From Nemertoderma westbladi (Eukaryota > Animalia > Xenacoelomorpha): a stretch of DNA of 36,847 nucleotides. The notes under the pieces are model-generated. The model saw only the letters and a program-made list of their open reading frames with translations, was not told the DNA's origin and did no database searches. The stretch covers positions 1 to 36,847 of the forward strand of contig JAUCBJ010008690.1 in assembly GCA_032718475.1 (NCBI GenBank). The letters run 5' to 3'. The translations under genes were made by a program, and so were the position numbers. Positions 9,774 through 20,450 of this stretch are shown here, piece after piece. How positions within the stretch are numbered: the stretch's first letter is position 1; every line of letters starts with the position of its first letter.

Positions 9774-10129
9774 GTCAGTAGGTTGAATTTAAAGATTATT
9801 ATATTAGTTGGAGTATATTTTTTTGTTTAGGCCTACTAGTCTTCGGCGGACACTATTGACTATTATATACTATTCTTCCTCTGGGTTTATGAATTTTACA
9901 CAAGTCTGCAAAGGACGCGGCCTGGCCTGGCGATATACTGATATAGGCCTGGCCTATATATATCAGTATATTGTTTTATTTGTAAAAAAAATACAAAAAA
10001 AATACAAAAATATCAATCGGTACCGGCACCGGTAGTAAAAAAGTCTTAAAAAGAATTAATCTAAAATTAGTATTTTTTTAAATATACAGACGGGAGCGGA
10101 ATTGACCCACTGTATGTATGTAGTTCTTA

Positions 10130-10218
10130 CTACTAGGATCGGCATGCTGCATTGCAGCTGCATTTTTAAGAATGCTGTGCCGGCTTGTCAACAAAATTGC
10201 ACCGCCACAACTCACGAA
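10130..10218 (-). mobile_element. Extremely 5'-truncated RTE-clade LINE 3' end
   Basis: Reverse complement of the RTE 3' UTR and (TAG)n tail seen at ~18305-18392. Flanked by a 12-bp TSD ATGTAGTTCTTA (10118-10129, 10219-10230). Confidence 0.85.
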
Positions 10219-10374
10219 ATGTAGTTCTTAGTCTGTTGCTTAAGGTTACAAACTCTATTCACACCACTACCACTACCCTTGTTGCTACTTATTCCAATAC
10301 GGTACTTACAACATCTGCTATTTAAATTATAATTTCTTTATTATTTATTTTTAATTTCACACCATATCAATAAA

Positions 10375-11172
10375 GATGGTAACACCCTTTAATGGCACAA
10401 GAAGTAGAGGAAATCCAGCAAAGTACATTACAGCATTACTGATCTAGACTTTGCTGATGACTTAGCGCTACTGTCAGAATCACTACAGTGTTGGTCTTTT
10501 TGTAAACTCAAAGAAGACCAGTTTTGACAGTGAACCAAGACAGTTCTGGGGACAGTTCTCAATAAATGTCTGATCATAAGGGCATAAGCTCTAGGGGCGG
10601 CTTGCTTGAGCATGTGGATGACTTATGTTACCAGCTACTAACAGGTGAAGACCTTCGGATACGTAAGGGGAAGTCATGGGCAGCTTTAAATAGTCTGTCC
10701 AGGATTTGGAAGTCCCATAGAATAAAACAGAATCTTAAAGGTTTCATTATTTAGAGCAGCAGTAGCACCAGTACTCCTCTATGGGAGTCCATGCTGGGCT
10801 CTAACTGCTGAGGACACCAAATCTCTGGATGGCACATTCACAAGAATGCTACGTCCGGTTCATTGTGTCAAGTACAATGCACACATCTCCAACCAGACAC
10901 TACAGCACTATATAACATTGGAGGTGTCTCATTGGTTCCCCTAAGCTTGATATTTAAACAGAGCCGCCCCCGCTTTGCAGGACATTGCTTTCGCCGTGAG
11001 GACCAGCCAGTGCATAATCTTGTACTTTGGCAGCCTCATGGAGTGAATAAGCATGGTGGACAGCCCATGACTTTCTTGAGACGCATCTTAAAGGACACTG
11101 GCCTTGAAGATGCGGATGATCTAGCAAATGTCATGGGTGATAGGGAGTTGTCGACAAGCCGGCACAGCATTA
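10375..11172 (+). mobile_element. Degenerate RTE-clade LINE, 3' part of RT ORF
   Basis: Broken frames encode ITDLDFADDLALL, LYGSPCWALT...LDGTFTRML and RFAGHCFRREDQPVHNLVLW. The 3' end is homologous to 18236 onward. Confidence 0.8.
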
Positions 11173-11277
11173 TTAATATAATGTAATGCAGTATGTAATG
11201 CAGTACGGTAATGTGTAATACATTAATTTACAAATATCATATTAACGTTAATGCAGTATATTGTAATGCCTTACAAC

Positions 11278-11446
11278 TAGTGTTGAGAACTGTAACTGTA
11301 ATTATACTGTAACTGCAACTGTAACTGAATGATTTTGATGACGTTTTTGATACTGTAACTATAACTGTAACTGTAATTGCGAATTTTGAATACTGTAACT
11401 GAAACTGAAACTGAAATTACTAAAAATCGATTCAGTTCTCAACCAC
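11278..11446. mobile_element. Possible small MITE with internal (ACTGTA/ACTGAA)n repeats
   Basis: Inverted ends GTTGAGAACTG (11282-11292) and CAGTTCTCAAC (11433-11443) enclose hexamer repeats; TSD unclear. Confidence 0.45.
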
Positions 11447-12423
11447 ACAATTAACATAAATGAACATTTGAAACAGTATTGTAATAGTTTAATAAATTAA
11501 TGACAGTAGTCGACATGGGTATCATTTTTAAAACATTTGTATTTTTATTTATTATTATAGTTTTGGACCTTGATAGTAGTCAAGTGACCCATTGCCCACT
11601 TATCTCAACTGTGATTTATTTGGCGAGTCAAGCATCGAGTAATGAACGAAGATCTACCATTATACTGTAGTTATAATTAGTCATGTTTATCCATCTCAAC
11701 TATTAGACTATTATCAGCACTATTTGCTTCCTAAATATCGCATATTAAATGTAAATGTTTTAGATAAACAAAAATATAGTTAATGGTAATGGTCGGTAGA
11801 GGGATATAACGGATATATATTTTACATTATGAATTATTAATGTTACTGGTAATATTAATATCACAGGGGATATCACACTAGAGGTACACTGGAAATTAAA
11901 TTTATATCAAGTTTACCATTATAAATTACAAAATTACAATTAAACTTAAAAAGTGAAAGAAGCAGCTCAACGAGGTAGATCTAACCAAAAGGCTCTATAC
12001 TGCTATAAAGAGCCAGTTTCGTAATTAATATTATTATTAGTGTATATTACAGTAATATATATTAAATTAACTCATTTTTAGTTTTGGATAAAACCTTTTT
12101 TATTGGGCAAGTGACTCATTGGGTGAGTGACTGCACTGCACCCCGCCCCGACGAAACTGACATTATTTCAATGACTGCTTAGTATGTGGGATAATATATT
12201 GAATCTATAACTGAAACTGTAACTTAAATGTTACACTTTGTAATACTGATAATATATATATTTGTATATTTACTTCAACATGTACACAAAAGTACAATTG
12301 TTGATTGTAACATAGTCAAAACTTATTGCACCAGATGAGTATAATAATAATAACCCTTCACCAGGAGGAATTAGTGTATCTCAGAAGGCATATTGTATTT
12401 AGTGTAGTTATACTTAAATTGAA

Positions 12424-12975
12424 TTGTAACTACGTCTAGAGTGTGGGGCGAGCCACGAAGTTGGCGGAGCCTTAGCGAATTGACACTGTTAGGGGGTGGG
12501 TCAATTTATGCAAATAGTTGTCGTCGTCGTCGTCGTCGTCGTTGTCGTCGTCGTCGTTGTCGTCGTCGTTACGATTTTGACATGCTAATAACTTTGTCGG
12601 ATTTAAAGCTGCCAAGTTGAAAATTTGTAGGTATCAATATGAGCAAAAGTTGAGATTTTTGAGAGACTTTCAGACACCATCAGTGCAATGGTCTCCCGCT
12701 AGAGGGCCACATGTCTAAACATTAAATGCCCTCCCATTTCTTTGCTTTTAATCCGTTTAAGCTGAAACTTGGCAGATATGTATTAGACCATTAGCTGTGA
12801 CTTTCAAAGGAGGCGAATCCATCTGCAGTTCTCCAGTCTGCCGCTAGAGGGCCAACGTGACTATTTGCATAAATTGACCTACCCCCTAACAGTGTCAATT
12901 CGCTAAGGCTCTGCCAACTTCGTGCTGCGCGAAGTCCCCACTTCGTGTATGTTAACTACACGTTATGTTATTTTT
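12424..12975. mobile_element. Non-autonomous element with 65-bp inverted repeats and internal (GTC)n microsatellite, Helentron/DINE-1-like or MITE
   Basis: Inverted repeats 12454-12518 and 12860-12924 with 2 mismatches. (GTC)n at ~12520-12570 immediately follows the left repeat. T-rich right flank; outer boundaries approximate. Confidence 0.7.
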
Positions 12976-13598
12976 TAACAGTTTTTTTTATTTATATAAT
13001 TTAATTTAATAATTTAATTACATTTTATTGGCGCAATGTCTGCGTTTTTAAATGTAATCTGACTTTTCGAGGTTCCTGGACCGGGATTTAAATTTTAGTA
13101 AATTTTAAAGAATTTTGTCTGTTAGTGAGGTTTTTAGTCTTTATTGATTCGTAACATTTTTTTGTCATAAATGAATTTCCGGCTTATAATTTTCTTTAAA
13201 TAAATATTAGGCCTAAATTTTATAAGTTTACGAATTAATTCGATAACTTATTTTGCTCTTCTTTACTTTACCGTGGATACTAGACGCCGCCCATACAGTA
13301 GGCCTACCGGTACCGAAATATCTTTAGTAGTTCAAAGTTAATTATATGTAATATAATTTTTTTTGAAGATCTCTACGCCCCCCGTCGGAGTAAATTATTA
13401 TATATTTATTAATTACAATAGAGTTGAGGCTACCCGGGAGTAAAATCAATGTGCACAGCGTTAAAATAAATAAATAATTAAATTAATTGAGGACAGAGGT
13501 AAAAATATTTAACTACTGTAAAAGTAACTAGATGTAATATAATTTATAATTATTTTACAGCAACTTTTTTATTTATTTTTTTTTTATTACGTTTACAG

Positions 13599-13821
13599 CG
13601 GCGACTCTTCAGACGAGACCCCCACCGTTGTCATAGCGACACACTATGACACCGCTGGTATGGTCCCCGGTTGGCCGGCCCACGGTGGGCCCCAGTCTGG
13701 CACTGTGGCCGCCTTCCTGGAGACCCTACGTCTACTGTCCCTTCTCTACTCGCAACCGGCCACTCGGCCTTTATACAACGTCGTGTTTGTACTCAGTGCC
13801 GGTGGCCAGTACAGCTACCAG
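13599..13821 (+). CDS. NCLN: Nicalin coding exon 2 (inactive M28-peptidase-like domain start)
   Basis: Polypyrimidine tract plus tttacAG acceptor; phase compatible with exon 1 (AG+C = Ser). Encodes GDSSDETPTVVIATHYDTAG...FLETLRLLSLLYSQ...YNVVFVLSAGGQYSYQ, compared with recalled nicalin PTIVIVAHYD...YNLLFFASGGGKFNYQ. Donor CAG|GTGGGA at 13822. Not in the ORF track's frame. Confidence 0.9.
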
Positions 13822-13923
13822 GTGGGAATTTAATATCCTGAGATTTATTTAATACGTTTTGGTTTTCAATACTAATTATATTACTTTTATTTATAATTAT
13901 TTCTAAATTATTTTATTTATATT

Positions 13924-16188
13924 CCATGGTTCCATCCATTCTGAGGATGGAGGCCTTCATTCAGACAGGGCGGGGTCTAGAGATGGAGGCCGTCAGACAG
14001 AGCGGGTTTCATATGGTTCCGGGGATGGAGGCAGTCAGACAGGGTGGGGTCCATGGTTCCGGGAATGGAGACAGTCAGACAGGGTGGGGTCCATGATTCC
14101 GGGGATGGAGGCCTTCAGACAGGGCGGGGTCCATGGTTCCGGGGATGGAGACAGTCAGACAGAGCGGGTTTCATATGGTTCCGGGGATGGAGGCCGTCAG
14201 AAGGGCGGGGTCCATGGTTCCGGGGATGGAGGCTGTCAGAAGGGCGGGGTCCATGTTTGCGGGGATGGAGGCTGTCAGACAGTCCAGGTTCCATGGTTCC
14301 GGGGATGGAGGCAGTCAGAAGGGTGGGGTCCATGGTTCCGGGGATGGAGGCAGACAGACAGGGTGGGGTCCATGGTTCCGGGGATGGAGGCCGTCAGACA
14401 GGGCGGGGTCCATGGTTCCGGGGATGGAGGCTGTCAGAAGGGCGGGGTCCATGTTTGCGGGGATGGAGGCTGTCAGACAGTCCAGGTTCCATGGTTCCGG
14501 GGATGGAGGCAGTCAGAAGGGTGGGGTCCATGGTTCCGGGGATGGAGGCAGACAGACAGGGTGGGGTCCATGGTTCCGGGGATGGAGGCAGTCAGACAGT
14601 CCAGGTTCCATGGTTCCGGGGATGGAGGCCTTCAGACAGGGCGGGGTCCATGGTTCCGGGGATGGAGGCAGACAGACAGGGTGGGGTCCACGGTTCCGGG
14701 GATGGAGGCAGTCAGACAGTCCAGGTTCCATGGTTCCGGGGATGGAGGCCTTCAGACAGGGCGGGCGCGGGGTCCATGGTTCCGGGGATGGAGGCAGACA
14801 GACAGGGTGGGGTCCATGGTTCCGGGGATGGAGGCAGTCAGACAGTCCAGGTTCCATGGTTCCGGGGATGGAGGCCTTCAGACAGGGCGGGGTCCATGGT
14901 TCCGGGGATGGAGGCAGACAGACAGGGTGGGGTCCATGGTTCCGGGGATGGAGGCAGTCAGACAGTCCAGGTTCCATGGTTCCGGGGATGGAGGCCTTCA
15001 GACAGGGCGGGGTCCATGGTTCCGGGGATGGAGGCAGACAGACAGGGTGGGGTCCATGGTTCCGGGGATGGAGGCCTTCAGACAGGGCGGGGTCCATGGT
15101 TCCGGGGATGGAGGCAGACAGACAGGGTGGGGTCCATGGTTCCGGGGGTGGAGACAGTCAGAAGGGTGGGGTCCATGGTTCCGGGGATGGAGGCAGACAG
15201 ACAGGGTGGGGTCCATGGTTCCGTGGGTGGAGACAGTCAGAAGGGTGGGGTCCATTGTTCCGGGGATGGAGGCAGACAGACAGGGTGGGGTCCATGGTTC
15301 CGGGGGTGGAGACAGTCAGAAGGGTGGGGTCCATGGTTCCGGGGATGGAGGCAGACAGACAGGGTGGGGTCCATGGTTCCGGGGATGGAGGCCTTCAGAC
15401 AGGGCGGGGTCCATGGTTCCGGGGATGGAGGCAGACAGACAGGGTGGTGTCCATGGTTCCGGGGGTGGAGACAGTCAGAAGGGTGGGGTCCATGGTTCCG
15501 GGGATGGAGGCAGACAGACAGGGTGGGGTCCATGGTTCCGGGGGTGGAGACAGTCAGAAGGGTGGGGTCCATGGTTCCGGGGATGGAGGCAGACAGACAG
15601 GGTGGGGTCCATGGTTCCGGGGGTGGAGACAGTCAGACAGGGTGGGGTCCATGGTTCCGGGGATGGAGGCAGACAGACAGGGCGGGGTCCATGGTTCCGG
15701 GGATGGAGGCAGACAGACAGGGCGGGGTCCATGGTTCCGAGGATGGAGACAGTCAGACAGGGTGGGGTCCATGGTTCCGGGGATGGAGGCAGTCAGACAG
15801 TCCAGGTTCCATGGTTCCGGGGATGGAGGCCGTCAGACAGGGTGGGGTACATGATTCCGGGGATGGAGGCCGTCAGACAGGGTGGGATCCATGGTTCCGG
15901 GGGTGGAGGCAGACAGACAGGGCGGGGTCCATGGTTCCGGGGATGGAGGCAGACAGACAGGGTGGGGTCCATGGTTCCGGGGATGGAGGCAGTCAGAAGG
16001 GTGGGGTACATGGTTCCGAGGATGGAGGCAGACAGACAGGGTGGGGTCCATGGTTCCGAGGATGGAGGCAGTCAGAAGGGTGGGGTACATGGTTCCGAGG
16101 ATGGAGGCAGTCAGAAGGGTGGGGTACATGGTTCCGAGGATGGAGGCAGTCAGAAGGGTGGGGTACATGGTTCCGAGGGTGGAGGCAG
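13924..16188 (+). repeat. G-rich 39/40-bp minisatellite (~55 units)
   Basis: Unit approximately GGGTGGGGTCCATGGTTCCGGGGATGGAGGCAGACAGACA with variant tails (agtcagaa, cttcagaca, gtccaggtt). A 120-bp trimer periodicity is seen around 14520-15060. Confidence 0.95.
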
Positions 16189-16925
16189 TGTGGATTAAAG
16201 TATGTTCTGAATGTTCGGGGAAAACAGTCTATTGTCTGCTGACAGAACGTAAAATAAAATAAACATTGCAGCATTGACCTTAACTAAGCAGTATAATAAA
16301 CATACAGGCAGGCATAGAAGATAGAACTGTAAAATATAGAAGTGAATACCGGTAACTGAATAATATCAAGCAGTCAGCACGGTAGGTAAATACTAATTAT
16401 AATAATATATCTGCCTTATACAGTATAATTAAAGACGGCGTCAAAACGCCTTGAAGAAACCGAAGTTAAACCAAACCGAAACTAATATTTTCACAGGCCA
16501 TGAGCCTCCGACCATTTCGTACAGGATTTCAACTAACTCCACTACCTATACTGTAATTTGCACATGTTGAGCATTTATAATAAAATATTGCATCAATATG
16601 GTGAACAAAGTTAGTTAGCGCAAACAATTGTAATATCTCATAATCTGTTCCTAATAATTATTAAATGACCTCTATCGATTCCCGCTGGTCCCATGTCTGT
16701 CCATAGAATGTGGTCTCGAAAAATAGTATAAACGAAAAAACGCCATAGGCGCAATGATAAAACACCAGCTGGAGCACATGAAAAATAGATAGAGATGGCA
16801 TAGTAATGCTATTCTATAGGGAGCGCCCAACTACCAAGACATTACTTTCTTTGCTAAGTTTACCGGTACTCTTTTTTCCCAGACTGTAAGAAAACATTAA
16901 CTTTGTTAGATTGAAATGTATTACC

Positions 16926-17340
16926 TCATGCGTAGAACATAGTCAACCATAAATATGAACAAGAATGGTGCAAGTGTATCTTCCTGAAGTAACACTGAAA
17001 TAACACTTCAAATGGTTCTGTGTCACCGTCAACAGTAGACACAAATGTTGTCGAACCGTCGTATACTGGTCTGATTGCTGCAATAATTTCATCAGGAATC
17101 CCATATAATGAAAGTATGCTGAACATACGTGAGCGAGAGACTGAATCAAAGGCCTTGAAGAAGTCAACAAAGATAACAGCCAGATGCCTGTCTTTCTTTT
17201 TTGAGAACTCTTCAATTATCCTTCTAAGTGCCGAAATTGGCTCCATTGTCCCACGACCTTTACGGAACCCATTCTGATTTCCACGGAGCAGTCTCTCAAT
17301 GGGATCCCTGATGCGATTTAATATAATTCTATTGTATTGT
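16926..17340 (-). mobile_element. RTE-clade LINE reverse-transcriptase fragment
   Basis: Minus strand encodes YNRILLNRIRDPIERLLRGNQNGFRKGRG...LRRIIEE...IFVDFFKAFDSV...YGIP; it frameshifts near the QGD-type motif. Confidence 0.85.
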
Positions 17341-17616
17341 TGTCGGTGTCTATATGATGGGATAGATGAGCTTTAAACACTCAGAGATTTTAAAGACCTC
17401 AGGGGGAACACCATCTACTCCACATGAGAGTAGCCTCCAACTCCAGAATCCCTCTCCCCCTCACAATCTGGCCTCCCTGGTGACACAGGGTTTGGGCCAG
17501 AAAGGTCATCAGGAAAGGGACTCAAAGAATTGTTGGCTGCTCTCTCTCCAGTAGGGGGTGAGACAGGCAGCCGGTCAGGAGATAACTGACGCCTGTGAGG
17601 CCGATTGTGTCCCGTA

Positions 17617-17691
17617 CTACTACTAGGATCGGCATGCTGGATTGCAGCTGCATTTTTAAGAATGCTGTGCCGGCTTATCGACAAAATTGCA
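17617..17691 (-). mobile_element. Second tiny RTE 3'-end insertion
   Basis: Nearly identical to 10130-10205. Flanked by CCGTA direct repeats (17612-17616, 17692-17696). Confidence 0.7.
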
Positions 17692-18235
17692 CCGTAATTC
17701 CACTGGCCTCTAGTGGCCGGACCTCCGCATTACTAATGTAATCCATAGTGGGGGTTGCGGGGTGCTTTTTTGCCGAGTCAGCTCTCGGGGCAAATACCAC
17801 ACCCTGGTTTGCCATTCCACAGGGTGGGTGTCGCAGTGGAGTCAGATATGAGGCCCATCACCCATATCTACTCTGGCGCACATGACCCACCATTGGCTGT
17901 GCAGCTCATCTGCTGGGTCATGCTCTGTACCCCTGCTGCCAGGTGCAGATCGCAGTGAAGTGCACTCAGAGTGGACATGAGAACACTCTACTCCTGACCA
18001 GCCACTGGTAGATCACCATCTGCCTGGCCAGGCCATATACCCCTGCGCCTGCAGCCAAGTATATGTGTCCTTAATCCAGGACCAAGGGCGTCCTTATCCC
18101 AGAACGAAGGGGATACTAGTTACAGGACCAGCTTTGCTCTAGTAAGAGGGTCTATGCAGCTACAGGTGGCACCTCCTTTATGCTGCATGGAGGTGGCAAG
18201 TTTTCTTGATCAATGACCTAGAATACCTGACCTGA

Positions 18236-18392
18236 CTTGAGACGCATCTTAAAGGACACTGACCTTGAAGATACGGATGATCTTGCAAATGTCATGGGTG
18301 ATAGGGAGTTGTGGCGGCGCAATTTTGTCGACAAGCCGGCACAGCATTCTTAAAAATGCAGCTGCAATGCAGCATGCCGATACTAGTAGTAG
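18236..18392 (+). mobile_element. RTE LINE 3' end (ORF tail, 3' UTR and (TAG)n tail)
   Basis: Near-identical to 11075-11172 and complementary to 10130-10213; ends in TAGTAGTAG. Confidence 0.8.
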
Positions 18393-18399
18393 CTATACA

Positions 18400-20450
18400 A
18401 TACCGGAGAGACAACATTACCAAAACCAAGCTCCATCTTGACGGTCAGGGCCCCAACCGCAGGTTATCATGTTCGGAGAACTCGTATCCGTGCCCGGCCA
18501 CGGTTCTAGTCATTGCAACGCCTTTATAGATTGACCGGAATTTTAGGGAGCACAAGATCTCAGCAACTAAGCGAAAACCAACAATAGGATGTTCCTAGAC
18601 CCCCCCCCCAAAATTTATCTAGAAGACTTTTTCCCATATACATTACGTTTCAAAAGTCTACGGTTCTCCGGCTAGGGCCAATTTGAGTCAAAAAGTCAGC
18701 CTCCCTAGCAACCTCGTTGCTATGCAGGAATCTCCAGAACCGCTAATGCTACGGACTTGGGACCGGCGCCAATCGATAGGCAGCATAGGGTTTACATTTA
18801 AAAAAACTTTTTTTGGAGCGATCAGATCATGATCTTGACCATGATCAGCAAAGATCAGTTTTGATCAGGATTCGGACACTCAAGGCTTGCTCCAATCGAA
18901 AAACTTAACATTACAAAAACAATCAGCGACCCCACATTAGTCATGATTCCCGTTAAAAGATTTTAAAAAAAGTGAATTCTTCCTGATCAAAACGCAAGAT
19001 CATGATCGCGCCAAGATCGTACTTCGTAAAATCGTAACTAAGCATTTTGGATATAAACAATTACTGTAGGAAACGTTCAGAACACCGCCCTGAGTCGATT
19101 AAAAAAAAAATTGGCTCGATCGGACAACCGGTTCTCGAGATCTGATACCTGATCATTAAAGATCATATTTTTCGGTTTTTTAAATTTTCTCGAAAACTTT
19201 GTTTGAGACCCCCGATTTTTTTTTTACGAATCGACTTCTATGATGAAGGGGCAACTTTTGAGTATTTCGAAATTTTCAAAAAACGATTTGATCAGGCCGC
19301 GATCAGAAAAGATCGTGTTTTTGGTTTTATTTCGAAGACCAAGTCCTGGGAGTTCACCGTATGGAAAAACTTAACATCACAAAAAGATTCCTCACCCTCG
19401 AATTATGGGGGGGTAGCCAAAATTTGGGCATAAAAAAGTTCAAGTCTAGTGGGTCAAAACTCAAGATCATGATCGCGAAAAGATCAGTATATTTAAAATC
19501 GAATCTAAGCATTTTTCTAATAAACATTCATTGTAAGAAATGTTCAATGGTCTATTCTGAGTTGATTAAAAACAAAATTGGCTCGATCGGACAACCGGTT
19601 CTCGAGATCTGATACCTGATCATAAAAGATCGTGTTTTTCGGTTTTTCCCGATTTTCTCGAAAACTTTGTTTGAGACCCCCGATTTTTTTTTTACTAATC
19701 GACTTCTATTAAGAAGGGGCAACTTTTAAGCATTTCGAAATTTTTAAAAAGCGATTTGATCAGGCCATGATCATGAAAGATCATGTTTTCGGTTTTATTT
19801 CGAAGACCAAGTCCTGTGAGTTCACCGTATAAAAAACTTAACATTACAAAAAGATTCCCCACCCTCGAATTAGGGGGGGCAGCCAAAATTTGACCATAAA
19901 AAAGTTCAATTCTAGGGGGTCAAAAGATCATGATCGCGAAATGATCAGTTTTTTCGAAATTACTTCTGAGCATTTTGGGACAAAACTTTCAAACTAAAAA
20001 ACATTCACTGGAGTGTTCTAAGTAGATTAAAAAAAATTTCGACTCAATAGGCCTACCGGTACCGGAGATATGGTCGTCCAAAGTCTGCTTCCGGTAATTC
20101 GAAAATATTTCGAAAACCCTTGATCGAATTTTTTCCTTGAAAATATGTGAATGTACAGTTAGTGGACCCGCATCCAACGATATATCGCAATCCATATTTC
20201 GGATGACAGGTACCGGTGAAATCAGACTTTACCGAAAAAAATTCAAGTTTTTGCTACTCATGTCTGACTATCTCGAAAACTATAACAGATATGGAAATAC
20301 TTTCACTGCAAGAAATGTTCGCCTATCCAATGCGCTTCTAACTCTGTGCTCGGATTTTTCATAGTGTCAGAACCTACTACTTAACCCCCCCAGCGGAGGG
20401 AACGGAGTGACTGGAGCGCCAGTACTATCTTTCATTATAATGAAGTAATA
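18400..20450. mobile_element. Probable non-autonomous element with a ~467-bp internal tandem duplication
   Basis: TTGGCTCGATCGGACAACCGGTTCTCGAGATCTGATACCTGATCA at 19111 and 19578 starts two similar units; a more diverged partial unit lies upstream. GATC-rich, no credible ORF, terminal palindrome TTCATTATAATGAA at ~20431-20444. Confidence 0.55.

Noticed and set aside
9774-10035. Extension of exon 1 to the stop at 9786 and the 75-aa ORF at 9808
   Set aside because: Intronic; the donor at 9774 is phase-matched to exon 2.
12454-12461. CACGAAGT shared between the inverted-repeat element and the satellite monomer
   Set aside because: Only 8 bp; not enough to infer that the satellite derives from the element.
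13646-13852. 68-aa ORF from the track
   Set aside because: Wrong frame; the nicalin-like reading is in another frame bounded by splice sites.
14044-16274. Long ORFs (732, 704 and 573 aa, plus minus-strand ORFs) with repetitive GPWFRGWR peptides
   Set aside because: Artefacts of a stop-poor 39/40-bp minisatellite: the same peptides cycle through all three frames and the unit length is mostly not a multiple of 3.
19203-20364. Short ORFs in the duplicated element
   Set aside because: No motifs, and the frames are not preserved between the duplicated units.
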